64,000 bases of DNA, taken from IMG/VR virus record IMGVR_UViG_3300032223_003493, positions 1-64,000 of that record; one strand, given 5' to 3'. Shown piece by piece: positions 8,533-18,556 of this stretch (positions within the stretch are counted from its first letter, which is position 1; the number at the start of each line of letters is the position of its first letter). The notes under the pieces were generated by a model. The model was given only the letters and a program-made list of their open reading frames with translations. It made no database searches and was not told where the DNA came from. This DNA comes from a virus. The position numbers and the translations under genes were made by a program.

Positions 8533-10065
8533 TTACAACTCTTCTCTTACCAGAGTCCGTGAAATAATTTCTAGCATAGTGTTCTTTGCTATTGCACCAA
8601 ACTTACTTTCAACTTTACTCAAAAATTCAGGGCTTGAATGATAGTCATAAAATGCTTGATCTCTGAACTTGAGAATTTCCATTCTTGAAAGATTTTCATT
8701 GTACATAGGAAGAGTCTTCTTAGATAAGAATCCAAACTTGTCATATGTATCTGGTATTGGAAGTCCCGCATCTAAAGAGTCTTTATAAAGTTTGCTTCCA
8801 GGAAGAGCTATTGCTGGATAAGCATTCCATCCTCTGGTATTGAGTTCTTTCGATAAACTCAACGTAGCTTGCATACTTTCATGAGTATCACCAGGTAGAC
8901 CAAAAATAAAATTTGCCATCACATCAATGTCAGCATCTTCAATTTGTTCTACTACTTTTGTGATATCTACATCTTGAAATTTACCTTTAGAAACTTCAAG
9001 TCTAACATTTCTGTCAAAACTTTCAATTCCTAAACATAGCCATTTGATACCAGCACGTCGAACTAACTCTAACTTTCCAGGATCAGTGACAGTATCTACT
9101 CTTGAGTAAGCCCACATTCGTAGATCTTTACTGTATGTCCTAGCAGCAAGCATTTCACATAATGGAACATAATATTTCTTATTCAACAGAAACATTTCGT
9201 CTACTATACGAATTGTTTGGACACCTAATTCGTTAAGTTTGTCGAACTCTTTGATAATGAATTCTGGTGACCAAAATCTCATCTTTGAATAATTTGAAGC
9301 AACACCGACTTCCTCATTATCATTTCTGTTCAAGATGTTAATCATACAAAATGAACACCCAAATTGGCAACCTAAAGATGTTTGTAATGCAGCGTAAGGT
9401 GTTCTTTTACTTTCATCGTATTCAGCATGCCAAAGAGGTGATCTGTACAAGTCAAGAGGTTTTTCCTTGAATGGAAGTAAATCCCAAGCATATCCAGGTA
9501 AATCAATGTCCATTCTTTCGCTAGGAACAATCTCTTCAGGCTCGTTGAAAATAATTTTGCCATCTTTTCGCCAAGCAATTCCTTTGATGCTTCCTAAATC
9601 ATTAACATCAAGATTTTCAACTTTGAGTAAATTATGAAGAGCATATACTCCTTCATTCATAAAAACAAAGTCGATTGATTCTTCATCAATCAAAGCTTTT
9701 TTTGGGAGTGCCTGAACATATGAGCCAATGTATGCAAGAGGTGTTGATACACCTGAACTCTTAATATATTCTGAGAATTTGACAGCACCACTCATCGATA
9801 CTGTGCCTGCGTTTACATTCTGTCCATAAACAACAAAACAAATTAATTTAGGGCTTAGTTCGTTGATTCGCTTAAGGCCATCTTCTAAGGATAGATTTTC
9901 GGCTAGCATGTCTAAAATGCCCACATTGTATCCAAGAGAGCGACATGATTGTGCCAGTAACAAAGCCCATGTTGGTGTTTCTATAGCGGAAATTTCATCA
10001 GATAAAGATTGATAAATTTCCTTAGCATTACTTGGACTAACAAATAGAACATCTAAATTTTTCAT
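8533..10065 (-). CDS. Cobalamin-binding radical SAM enzyme (class B methyltransferase-like)
   Basis: N-terminal B12-binding-like domain, TSLGCQFGCSFC (CxxxCxxC), LGIES, FIFGLPGDT. Confidence 0.9.
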   Translation of the reverse strand: MKNLDVLFVSPSNAKEIYQSLSDEISAIETPTWALLLAQSCRSLGYNVGILDMLAENLSLEDGLKRINELSPKLICFVVYGQNVNAGTVSMSGAVKFSEYIKSSGVSTPLAYIGSYVQALPKKALIDEESIDFVFMNEGVYALHNLLKVENLDVNDLGSIKGIAWRKDGKIIFNEPEEIVPSERMDIDLPGYAWDLLPFKEKPLDLYRSPLWHAEYDESKRTPYAALQTSLGCQFGCSFCMINILNRNDNEEVGVASNYSKMRFWSPEFIIKEFDKLNELGVQTIRIVDEMFLLNKKYYVPLCEMLAARTYSKDLRMWAYSRVDTVTDPGKLELVRRAGIKWLCLGIESFDRNVRLEVSKGKFQDVDITKVVEQIEDADIDVMANFIFGLPGDTHESMQATLSLSKELNTRGWNAYPAIALPGSKLYKDSLDAGLPIPDTYDKFGFLSKKTLPMYNENLSRMEILKFRDQAFYDYHSSPEFLSKVESKFGAIAKNTMLEIISRTLVREEL

Positions 10066-10113
10066 TTATTGTATATAAAACCTCACTTTATATTATAAAT
10101 GAAAAATGAAGAA

Positions 10114-11049
10114 CTAGCAATTGATCAAAATGTTTGAGTTTTGAACTATTGAATCCACTGAAAGACCATGTTTATCAAGTAAGTAATCTCTATCTCCATT
10201 ATCAAAAATATAATAATTTGGCAAACCCATTCTTTTGATAGAAATATTGATATTGTTATCAGAAATAAACTCACATAATGCCGAACTAAAATTACCAGAT
10301 AATGTTTGCTCTTCTACGGTCAATAAATGCGTATATGTGGACAACAAATCTATCAAAGGTTGTTCGTCTAAAGGTTTTATTTTTGAAATATCAACTACAC
10401 TTACTGATGTGTTTTTTGACATCACTTCAAATGCATCTAAGCATCTACCAAGCATATAGCCACTAGAAGCTACTAATAATCTTTTGGTAACATCTGCTTG
10501 AGATGATTTTATAATTTTAATGTATTCATAATCGCCATAATCTACATCAGCAACTTGTTTTGCATATGTTCTCTCAAGCCTTATATATCTCAAAAATGGA
10601 ATTGCTAGAGATAGACTTACTAAATTTTTAGTAGCCTTTTCATTCGACGGCGAATAAATCTCAATATTGTTTAATGATCTGACTAAAGCGATGTCTTCAT
10701 TGGGTTCATGAGCTGGTCCAGAAGGTGCATATCCAAAAGCAACACCATTAGCCAAAATAGTTATTGGTAAGTTTGCCATTGCACAAGAATATCTGATTTG
10801 CTCCAAGCATCTGCATGTCCAACTAGCCATAAAGTAAACATATACTTTTTTACCTTGACTAGCTAATCCAGCAGCAATATTGATAGCATTTTGTTCAGAG
10901 ATACCAGCAGCAATAAATTGATCTGGCAAATTTTCACGCCATTGGTCCAATGATGGAGCACCCATATCAGCAGAAATCATAATAATTTCTGAATTTGTTA
11001 ATGCTACTTTGTAAAGTTCATTGATAAAAATATCTCTTTGAGATGTCAT
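10114..11049 (-). CDS. Transketolase, C-terminal subunit (pyrimidine-binding plus C domain)
   Basis: SADMG, GISEQN, GPAH, IKPLD, TVEE. Confidence 0.9.
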   Translation of the reverse strand: MTSQRDIFINELYKVALTNSEIIMISADMGAPSLDQWRENLPDQFIAAGISEQNAINIAAGLASQGKKVYVYFMASWTCRCLEQIRYSCAMANLPITILANGVAFGYAPSGPAHEPNEDIALVRSLNNIEIYSPSNEKATKNLVSLSLAIPFLRYIRLERTYAKQVADVDYGDYEYIKIIKSSQADVTKRLLVASSGYMLGRCLDAFEVMSKNTSVSVVDISKIKPLDEQPLIDLLSTYTHLLTVEEQTLSGNFSSALCEFISDNNINISIKRMGLPNYYIFDNGDRDYLLDKHGLSVDSIVQNSNILINC

Positions 11050-11816
11050 GACAAATCTTTTATACCTTGTTCTAAGTCTTGAGCGCTTTTTGGAATTATA
11101 GAGTGATATTCATATTTGTCTTCCATATAGCTTACTCCCTTACCCTTAATTGTGTTTGCAATAATAACTTTTACTTTTTTATTATTTTCAAATAAACAAG
11201 ACCTTAATTCAGTAAAATTATGTCCATCAATTGTAAACGTATCGAATCCAAAAGCAACAAATTTTTCGTGCAAAGGCTCCAATTTAAGTAAATCTTCTGT
11301 TGCACCCAAAATCCCATATTTATTTCTGTCAACTACAAGAGTTATATTTGTTAAATTGTGGTGGTTTATGAAAAGTAAAGTTTCCCATACAGAACCTTCA
11401 TAAAGTTCTGCATCACCTAAAATTACGAAAACATTTTTATCAGGACTAGCTTTTGCAATACCAGCAGCATAGCCAATACCATTTCCTAAAGAGCCTCCAA
11501 CAAAATGACACCCAGGTATAGAACCATCAGAATGAAGTCTCAAAATTCCTTCAGGAGTACAATATTTATCTAATTCTGATTTATCAAAATAATCTAAGTC
11601 TGCTAGTATAGGATATACAGCAGGGGAACCATGACCTTTGCTAAAAATCAAATAATCATTTTTATGATTAAAATTTGAAACTTCATCATAATATAAAGAA
11701 ACAACAATATCTACGCAACTTAAACAGCTTGCTAAATGGCCTACTGAAGATTTAGTTTTAAACTTAAAAATCTCTCTTCTAGTATATTGGGCTTTTTCTT
11801 CTAAAAATGAATTCAT
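11046..11816 (-). CDS. Transketolase, N-terminal ThDP-binding subunit
   Basis: GHLASCLS, SKGH, GSLGNG, GDAELYEGSVWE...N, TIKGKG. Start 11816 or 11837. Confidence 0.9.
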   Translation of the reverse strand: MNSFLEEKAQYTRREIFKFKTKSSVGHLASCLSCVDIVVSLYYDEVSNFNHKNDYLIFSKGHGSPAVYPILADLDYFDKSELDKYCTPEGILRLHSDGSIPGCHFVGGSLGNGIGYAAGIAKASPDKNVFVILGDAELYEGSVWETLLFINHHNLTNITLVVDRNKYGILGATEDLLKLEPLHEKFVAFGFDTFTIDGHNFTELRSCLFENNKKVKVIIANTIKGKGVSYMEDKYEYHSIIPKSAQDLEQGIKDLS

Positions 11817-11826
11817 TATTTGACCT

Positions 11827-12831
11827 TTATTTGTCATTTGACATAGAAAAAATATTTGACCACCATGCTTTTGCTGAATAGTTCTTTTTATAAGTTTCGT
11901 ACATAGAGTTTGCAGCTTGTATTCTAGATGCAGGATTGTCTAAATAATTCTTTATGATTTCTGCACAATTATTGACTTCTATGCCTACAAATTGTGAGTT
12001 TTCAGTAAACCATTCGCCTTTATGGCACTTAAGCGTTTCTGGAAAATTTGTAGCCATAAAGCTGCCTGAAGCTGCAATTTCAAAAATTCTTCCCTTTCTT
12101 TGTTTTGTAACACCACTATGATTAAAATTCAAAGAAATTTTTGATTGTCTAAACTTTTTTGCATATTCGGAAAATGATAATTCTTCTCCAATTCCGCCTT
12201 TGCCACCAAAAATATTCACATTAATTCCAGATTTATTTAAAGCATTAATAAATTCTAATCTTTCTGAAGTATAAACAGTTCCTACAAAAGAAACATCATA
12301 TATTCTTTCTTCTTCTGTTCCAGGATAATAAATTCTGTCATCTTGTGGAACTGAAACACAATAAATATTTGGAAACATTTCGCCATATCCATAATCATAT
12401 ACCAAAATGTTGCAGTATTCTGAATATTCTAAAATTGAATGTCTATATTTGATATATCCGATATCTGGAGCAGATTTTATAAAAATTCTAAAATTTGTGT
12501 AAAGATTGCTAGTGACTCCACAAGGAGTATCCCATACACATAAAAACAATTTTTTTCCAAGTTTTTTTGCTGTTTCTAAATAAACAGTGATATCTTTTAT
12601 AGAACTTACAACAGCAATATCAAACTCTTTTGATAACAACGCATTATTAAGTTCTTCAGCAGACTTTATTCCATCAGGCTCATCACAAATATGCAATGTT
12701 TCACATGAATGTTCGCTATCATTTTCGAAAGCAGCCATAAATGATCCTGTCAAATTGCTATTCGGATTTGACAAGATTGGATTTATTGGATCTACTTTAC
12801 TATATTTGTCATAAATCAATAATACTTTCAT
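11827..12831 (-). CDS. CgeB-type (Glyco_trans_1_2) GT-B glycosyltransferase
   Basis: YDVSFVGT...R, SKISLNF, RIFEIAASG. Confidence 0.8.
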   Translation of the reverse strand: MKVLLIYDKYSKVDPINPILSNPNSNLTGSFMAAFENDSEHSCETLHICDEPDGIKSAEELNNALLSKEFDIAVVSSIKDITVYLETAKKLGKKLFLCVWDTPCGVTSNLYTNFRIFIKSAPDIGYIKYRHSILEYSEYCNILVYDYGYGEMFPNIYCVSVPQDDRIYYPGTEEERIYDVSFVGTVYTSERLEFINALNKSGINVNIFGGKGGIGEELSFSEYAKKFRQSKISLNFNHSGVTKQRKGRIFEIAASGSFMATNFPETLKCHKGEWFTENSQFVGIEVNNCAEIIKNYLDNPASRIQAANSMYETYKKNYSAKAWWSNIFSMSNDK

Positions 12832-12837
12832 TATTTG

Positions 12838-13374
12838 CTACTTCTCACTGTAATAATCGCCCCATTCAACCAAAATTGTAGGACGAAAATCAGTTCTTAA
12901 ATAAGCATACTGATAAGCATCAAAAATTTGATTTGGTTCATCTAATCGAATAATATCAACAAAATCACACATTGCTCTAAATCCACCTGTATAGTCGGCT
13001 ATATGCTGATGTTGAGGATGCAAAGGTCTTTGAGATCCTATTGATGTTCTTATGATAATTTTAGGTTTGTACCCACCATCTGACATCACTTTTATCTTAT
13101 CCACATGATTGATAAGTTGATTTGATGCTAATAATAAGAAATTCCATCTAGGAAAAAAAGAAATAGGTACAGTTCCATTAAGTGCCATGCCAAGAGTAAT
13201 ACCCATTTGCATATCTTCATTAACTGGCATTTCTAGCAATTTAGAACGTTCCACATCTGACAAAGTATTAGTCATTGCCGTTCCAGGATATTCAACTGCT
13301 TGACCTAAAAATAATGTATCTGGTTGTTGAGCAAGCCAGTCCATAGATTTTTTTAATTCATCAAAATATTTCAT
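12838..13374 (-). CDS. Short 2-oxoacid dehydrogenase E1 beta-like subunit
   Basis: LGQAV, EMPVNEDMQMG, NQLINH, HPQHQH. Only 178 aa, lacks the C-terminal domain. Confidence 0.8.
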   Translation of the reverse strand: MKYFDELKKSMDWLAQQPDTLFLGQAVEYPGTAMTNTLSDVERSKLLEMPVNEDMQMGITLGMALNGTVPISFFPRWNFLLLASNQLINHVDKIKVMSDGGYKPKIIIRTSIGSQRPLHPQHQHIADYTGGFRAMCDFVDIIRLDEPNQIFDAYQYAYLRTDFRPTILVEWGDYYSEK

Positions 13375-13979
13375 TAAAATTGAATCCTTTTACCAGCACC
13401 AGCATGTGGATATTTTGATTCGTATTGATAATAAACTATTTTTGGCATTGATTTTTCAAAAAACAAAACATTTGAATTCCAAACTTTTCTTGTGTCTGTA
13501 CATACTGATTTATTATTATCTTCCACTACAAAAGTAATAGGCAGATCAAAATTTACAGCATATTTGTAATTTTCAAAAAATGTTCCTGTTTCAGATGCCA
13601 TATCCCCAACAAAACACCAAACATGATTTGCTTGATTTTTTCGTTTAATATCTAATGCTACGCCGGTTGCAATTGGAATGTTTCCAGTAACAATTGCTGA
13701 AGAATAAACTTTGTATTTTGGATAACAAAGTGTAATAGATTTGCCATTCAAGATATCATTCTTGACGGTTTCTGGAGGAACGCCTTTGAGCAGACATTGG
13801 TAATGTGATCTCCAAGTGCAGAACACCCAATCATCTTCTTTCACATCTTGAAAAACTTTTATTATTTGATCTTCATTGCCACTATATAAATGAACAGGCG
13901 CTTTGATAGAGCCTCTGTTGAAACAGTCTGCTATATCATTTTCAAAGTCAATTAATTCTTGAGGTGTATATTCTTTCAT
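13374..13979 (-). CDS. Short 2-oxoacid dehydrogenase E1 alpha-like subunit (ThDP)
   Basis: HLYSGNE, TWRSH, SAIV, GDMASETG...EDNN ThDP motif. Only 201 aa. Confidence 0.85.
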   Translation of the reverse strand: MKEYTPQELIDFENDIADCFNRGSIKAPVHLYSGNEDQIIKVFQDVKEDDWVFCTWRSHYQCLLKGVPPETVKNDILNGKSITLCYPKYKVYSSAIVTGNIPIATGVALDIKRKNQANHVWCFVGDMASETGTFFENYKYAVNFDLPITFVVEDNNKSVCTDTRKVWNSNVLFFEKSMPKIVYYQYESKYPHAGAGKRIQF

Positions 13980-13991
13980 TTTGCTGATCTA

Positions 13992-14507
13992 TCAATATCC
14001 ATTTATCTTAAACTTTTGAAAGACCATTATTCTTTTTTGACCATTCAAAATTTCATCATTTAATTTCTTAAGTGAATTAACATGAAAATTTACTTGATCA
14101 ATCAATAAATGTTTTCTTTCATCATTATTTTCAACGAGATGAACATATTTTATGTAATCATTTGATAACTTATCTACTATAGATCCCATGCCTTCACTAT
14201 GAGTTTCAGCATCTGGGTTTTGAAAATTTACATAGATTTGATCAATAAGTTGCATACATTCATTTCTAGCTGGATTATGTTTTAACCCACCTTCATATAC
14301 AAACTTAACAATATTTTCATCACCATTTTGATATTCTTCAATTAAATGCCATGCTACATAGTTGTGATAGCAAAGCTTTTTAGTCAAAGATAAAATATTA
14401 TCTTTTTCAACCTCTAAGTCAAAAATTTTCTTTTTTTCATTGTGCCACTGGTCAATTGAAAAAAATATATTTTCAACTAATTCATCTGTACTTATATTTT
14501 CAATCAT
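13992..14507 (-). CDS. DUF4254-like helical protein
   Basis: NYVAWH, N..RN...ID, HSEGMGSIVDKLS, FQKFK pattern. Confidence 0.6.
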   Translation of the reverse strand: MIENISTDELVENIFFSIDQWHNEKKKIFDLEVEKDNILSLTKKLCYHNYVAWHLIEEYQNGDENIVKFVYEGGLKHNPARNECMQLIDQIYVNFQNPDAETHSEGMGSIVDKLSNDYIKYVHLVENNDERKHLLIDQVNFHVNSLKKLNDEILNGQKRIMVFQKFKINGY

Positions 14508-14509
14508 AG

Positions 14510-15448
14510 TTATAAATTAGTGAAGTCTTTGTTTTTAAAATTAGCAATCATCTTGTAGGCACTCAATAATTCTTGAATACCTGCATCTAAAGAATAATCA
14601 CAAGACCACCCAGTTTTTTCAAGCTTTTCATTTGATACAACATAATTGCGCTTATCAAAATCCTCTTTAAATTGCTCTTCAATAATAACTAGGTTAGGGA
14701 CATATTCCTTGATCTTTTGAGCAAGCTGTAATTTTGACATATTTGCAGACGTAAGACCAACGTTAAAAGCATTATTGTTGCAAGTCTCATAATTTTCAAT
14801 CAAATGAAGAAATGCCTTAGCCACATCTCTTACATGAACATAGTTGCGCAAAAAATGAGATTCGAAAAGTACTAAAAATTCATCTGTGAAAGCTCTGTAA
14901 ACAAAGTCATTCACAAGCAAATCCATTCTTTGTCGATATGAAACTCCAAATACTGTAGCTAATCTTAAAGAGATGCCATTACCAAATTCTAAAACACGCT
15001 TTTCAGCATCGCATTTTGTTTGAGCATATAAAGAAAGAGGATTAAATGGACTTTCTTCTGTGATGATTGTTTCTGAGCTACCATATTGAGAGTTTGTATT
15101 AGGAACTAACAATTTCTGACTTGGCTGAATTACCTCAACAATGTTTTTAATTTGTTGATAATTTACAGCTACTGTTAGATCTGGATCTTTTTTACAAGCT
15201 GGCATACCAACAATTGCAGCTAATGGAATAACGATGTCGTGAGTTTCTACCAGACTTGTAAGAAGCTTGGTATCACGTACATCCCCAACAACTAGATTGA
15301 AATTTTCATTATGACAAAATGATGTTAGAGAAAGTTGCTTATAAGTTAAATTATCTAAAACAGTAACTTTGTAGCCTTTGGACAATAAAACTTCTGTAAG
15401 CGTTGAGCCTAAATATCCTGCTCCACCTGTAATTAAAACTTTTTGCAT
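14510..15448 (-). CDS. NAD-dependent NDP-sugar epimerase/dehydratase (SDR)
   Basis: GGAGYLG, LAAIVG, YAQTK, RLATVFG. AGGAGG SD before ATG 15448. Confidence 0.9.
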   Translation of the reverse strand: MQKVLITGGAGYLGSTLTEVLLSKGYKVTVLDNLTYKQLSLTSFCHNENFNLVVGDVRDTKLLTSLVETHDIVIPLAAIVGMPACKKDPDLTVAVNYQQIKNIVEVIQPSQKLLVPNTNSQYGSSETIITEESPFNPLSLYAQTKCDAEKRVLEFGNGISLRLATVFGVSYRQRMDLLVNDFVYRAFTDEFLVLFESHFLRNYVHVRDVAKAFLHLIENYETCNNNAFNVGLTSANMSKLQLAQKIKEYVPNLVIIEEQFKEDFDKRNYVVSNEKLEKTGWSCDYSLDAGIQELLSAYKMIANFKNKDFTNL

Positions 15449-15456
15449 AATACCTC

Positions 15457-16143
15457 CTATTTTATAGTCGTATACCAAACAGAGCCTGAAGTTTCAGTTT
15501 TTCCAAAAAATTCAAAAACTGCTTGTGATACTCCTGGATGGTGTCCATTATAAAAATCAACCCTAAGCTCTTCCTGGGTATATGTATTTACATAATCAAA
15601 ACTATTCAAATCATGTCCAGACAAAATTCCACCTTTTTTTACCTTGGGCAGAGAAAGTTCAATATCTTTTTTTACAGATTCATAAATATGATCAGCATCA
15701 ATAAAGATAATGTCGCAATTATCAGGAAGTAAAGGTATCTTATTAAATGAAAATCCTTTATGAATAGTCATCATGTCTCTATAATCTTTGAACTTTTCTA
15801 AAAATGTATCATAAAGTAAATAATTATGAGATCCTTTCCAGTGAGGATTATTCTGGTTTTGTGCATAATTAGGATCTAATTTTTTAGTTTCTTCAGTTGG
15901 AATAGTTCCTGCAAATGTATCTATCACAATAACATGGCCATTATTTTTTTTGACAGTATCTATATATTTTCTAGTAGTAGCACCATCATAACAACCAATT
16001 TCAACAACAATCATTCCTTCGGACTGATTTTTTTCTACTAAATCAATGAAGTTTTGTTCGCCATCCCATGACCAATTATTCACTTTTTCAGCTACTTTTC
16101 TTTTTGTGTAAACGTCAAAGATACTTTGTGGACTAATAGCCAT
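15457..16143 (-). CDS. Class I SAM methyltransferase (Methyltransf_24 type)
   Basis: VEIGCYDG, IDTF, FIDADHIY, GGILSGHD. Start 16143 inferred. Confidence 0.85.
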   Translation of the reverse strand: MAISPQSIFDVYTKRKVAEKVNNWSWDGEQNFIDLVEKNQSEGMIVVEIGCYDGATTRKYIDTVKKNNGHVIVIDTFAGTIPTEETKKLDPNYAQNQNNPHWKGSHNYLLYDTFLEKFKDYRDMMTIHKGFSFNKIPLLPDNCDIIFIDADHIYESVKKDIELSLPKVKKGGILSGHDLNSFDYVNTYTQEELRVDFYNGHHPGVSQAVFEFFGKTETSGSVWYTTIK

Positions 16144-16147
16144 ATGT

Positions 16148-16549
16148 TTACCAACTGATTTCCCAATCTTTGAAATCAGCAGCGAGACAATCAATCTTGT
16201 AATCTTTTCTGCCGCCTACCACTTCTTGAATTTTATTTTTTGCAGTATTTCTAATGCCATTCAACCCATGAGTTAATTCAAGATTGTTGCCATCTTTTAT
16301 ACCTTTGCGATAATTTGTTTCATTATGCCAAATGTGCAAATTCATTTGAGATAAAACAATAATAGCACGAATTACTTCAGCATCTACTACTGCATTATTT
16401 TCATCAATATGCGCTTGAATATCATGAACAATTGCTGCAATTTCTTCTGCATATTCTGACTTGTGATCAGGGATAAATACTTCTTTAAGTTGCACAATTG
16501 AAAGGCGATCGATAAGTTCTGAAAGTGTTGGTAAATATTTTCGTTCCAT
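16148..16549 (-). CDS. Helical hypothetical protein (DUF6165/DUF4254-like)
   Basis: ELIDRLSIVQLK, NLHIWHNE, N..RN..KNKI pattern. Confidence 0.55.
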   Translation of the reverse strand: MERKYLPTLSELIDRLSIVQLKEVFIPDHKSEYAEEIAAIVHDIQAHIDENNAVVDAEVIRAIIVLSQMNLHIWHNETNYRKGIKDGNNLELTHGLNGIRNTAKNKIQEVVGGRKDYKIDCLAADFKDWEISW

Positions 16550-16614
16550 AAAATTCTCTTGTTTTATTATACATCAAGATAAATCGTATAATATTATTTA
16601 TTATAGGTGCAAAA
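16550..16614. promoter_or_regulatory. Divergent promoter region
   Basis: GTATAAT on both strands between divergently transcribed operons. Confidence 0.55.
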
Positions 16615-17598
16615 ATGAAGATTCTTTTTTATAACGCTCATCAAAATGGTGACATTATTCTTTCAAGACAAGGTGTTAGGTGGATAATTGATAATTTGGG
16701 CAAAAATCATCAATATTTTTACCTACATAACAAGAACCCAAAGTCTATCTTTATCCATGAAAATGTTGAAGTTTTTTCTATTGATGGGAACTTTCATGGC
16801 AGCCCAATGCAAATTATGAAACGTCAACTTAAAAATCAATTACTAAATGAATGCCTTTGGGTAGATTCTTGGTTAGGATCTTTACATAATGGCGGGTTTG
16901 TGGTTGATGAAACTGGACAGTGGATTTTTTTATTGAATAATGAAAATGGACAAAGAATCTTGGGAGAATGCACTGAGGTTTGGGACAGTATTGATTGGCA
17001 AACTGTCTTATGGAAACAAAACGTTGATATTATCAATGATGCATTATCTTATGAGTTAACAAGTAAAAGATTGTCGTATCCAAAAGCTGAAGATTTAATT
17101 CCAAAATGGTCAGGGCAAACAAAAAATTCTTCAATAATTGATGAATTTATTTCAAAAAATGAAAATAAAAAATTTATATTAATTTGTAATTCCGAAGTTA
17201 CATCTAATCAAAGAAAAAATACTAATTTTGAATTAATATTAGAGCCTTTATATGAAACTTACAAAGATTTTATTTTTTGTTTTACTGACAAAATAAATGA
17301 CATGAATTATGACAATGTCTGTTGTTTAAGTGATCTTCTTCCTTTACCCAATTTAAATGAAATAGAATATTTCTCAAAATTTTGTTCTGTACTTACCACG
17401 AGTATGAGTGGTCCTGGGTGTATGGTTTTGAATGATGCTGTGTTTTCAGATCCTCAAAAAACTCTAATATACTTTACCAGAGATGTTTTAGGTAAGTATT
17501 ATGAAGAGGGTCAATGTAAGTATTTACATACATCAGATTTTAGTGATGAATCAATACTTGAGATTTTTAAAAAAGGGCTGGAGAATGTAATCAAATGA
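16615..17598 (+). CDS. Putative GT9-like (GT-B) glycosyltransferase
   Basis: N-terminal HQNGDIIL and late SGPG resemble GT9 GD and SGP motifs. Weak. Confidence 0.45.
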   Translation: MKILFYNAHQNGDIILSRQGVRWIIDNLGKNHQYFYLHNKNPKSIFIHENVEVFSIDGNFHGSPMQIMKRQLKNQLLNECLWVDSWLGSLHNGGFVVDETGQWIFLLNNENGQRILGECTEVWDSIDWQTVLWKQNVDIINDALSYELTSKRLSYPKAEDLIPKWSGQTKNSSIIDEFISKNENKKFILICNSEVTSNQRKNTNFELILEPLYETYKDFIFCFTDKINDMNYDNVCCLSDLLPLPNLNEIEYFSKFCSVLTTSMSGPGCMVLNDAVFSDPQKTLIYFTRDVLGKYYEEGQCKYLHTSDFSDESILEIFKKGLENVIK

Positions 17599-18548
17599 TA
17601 GTTTATATTACAGGATGCTTGGGATTTATAGGCTCATATGTTACTAAAGCTTGCCTAGATCGTGGATGGTATGTGTATGGAATTGATAAATGTACATATG
17701 CCTCTAATTCATATAAGCTTGAGGAATTTTCTACATATCCAAAATTTAAATTTGAAGAGATTGATATTTGTAAAATTGATAGATTGATAGATTGTGATTA
17801 TTTCATAAATTGTGGAGCAGAAACTCATGTAGATAATTCTATTCGTAAGAGTGATGAGTTTATGCATTCAAATATTATGGGAGTATATAATATTCTTGAA
17901 TTATTGAAAAATTACAGAAGAGATAATAGCTCAACACCCGTATTTTTTCAGTTCAGTACTGATGAAGTGTATGGAGATATTATAGATGGATCTCACACCG
18001 AAACTGATATTCTTAAACCTTCTAATCCTTACTCTGCAACAAAAGCAGCAGCCGATCAACTAATTACTGCTTGGGCAAGGACTTATTCTTTTCCTTATAT
18101 TATTTTGAGACCTACTAATAATTACGGAATAGGACAATATGTAGAAAAGCTAATCCCAAAGTCTTGCAAATATCTCACATTAGGAAGAAAAATACCTTTG
18201 CACGATGAAGGTTTGCCTGTTCGAAACTGGTTGCATGCTAGAGACACAGCATCTGCAGTTATTACAATCATCGAATCAGGTCAAATTAATCAAATATTCA
18301 ATGTCGCTAGTAATTTTGAGCAAAGAAACATAGATACTGCAAAAAAAATTATTGCTAACTATTTTGGAACATCAGATATTGATTACATGGATTATATTGA
18401 TTTCAAATCATTGAATAGACCAGGCCAAGATATTAGATACGCTCTTGATGACAGTAAATTGAAAAATTTAGGATGGAGTGCTGTTTGTGATTTTGACAAA
18501 GAACTTGTAGAGATTGTGGATTATTATAAACATCACTTTGTATGGTAA
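17595..18548 (+). CDS. rfbB: dTDP-glucose 4,6-dehydratase
   Basis: GCLGFIG, DKCTYA, AETHVDNS, STDEVYG, PYSATKA, RPGQDIRY. Confidence 0.93.
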   Translation: MIVYITGCLGFIGSYVTKACLDRGWYVYGIDKCTYASNSYKLEEFSTYPKFKFEEIDICKIDRLIDCDYFINCGAETHVDNSIRKSDEFMHSNIMGVYNILELLKNYRRDNSSTPVFFQFSTDEVYGDIIDGSHTETDILKPSNPYSATKAAADQLITAWARTYSFPYIILRPTNNYGIGQYVEKLIPKSCKYLTLGRKIPLHDEGLPVRNWLHARDTASAVITIIESGQINQIFNVASNFEQRNIDTAKKIIANYFGTSDIDYMDYIDFKSLNRPGQDIRYALDDSKLKNLGWSAVCDFDKELVEIVDYYKHHFVW

Positions 18549-18556
18549 AATTAAGT

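Noticed and set aside
10114-13979. Central-metabolism auxiliary genes (pentose phosphate transketolase, pyruvate dehydrogenase)
   Set aside because: Split or truncated forms embedded among NDP-sugar genes with no E2/E3; sugar tailoring fits better.
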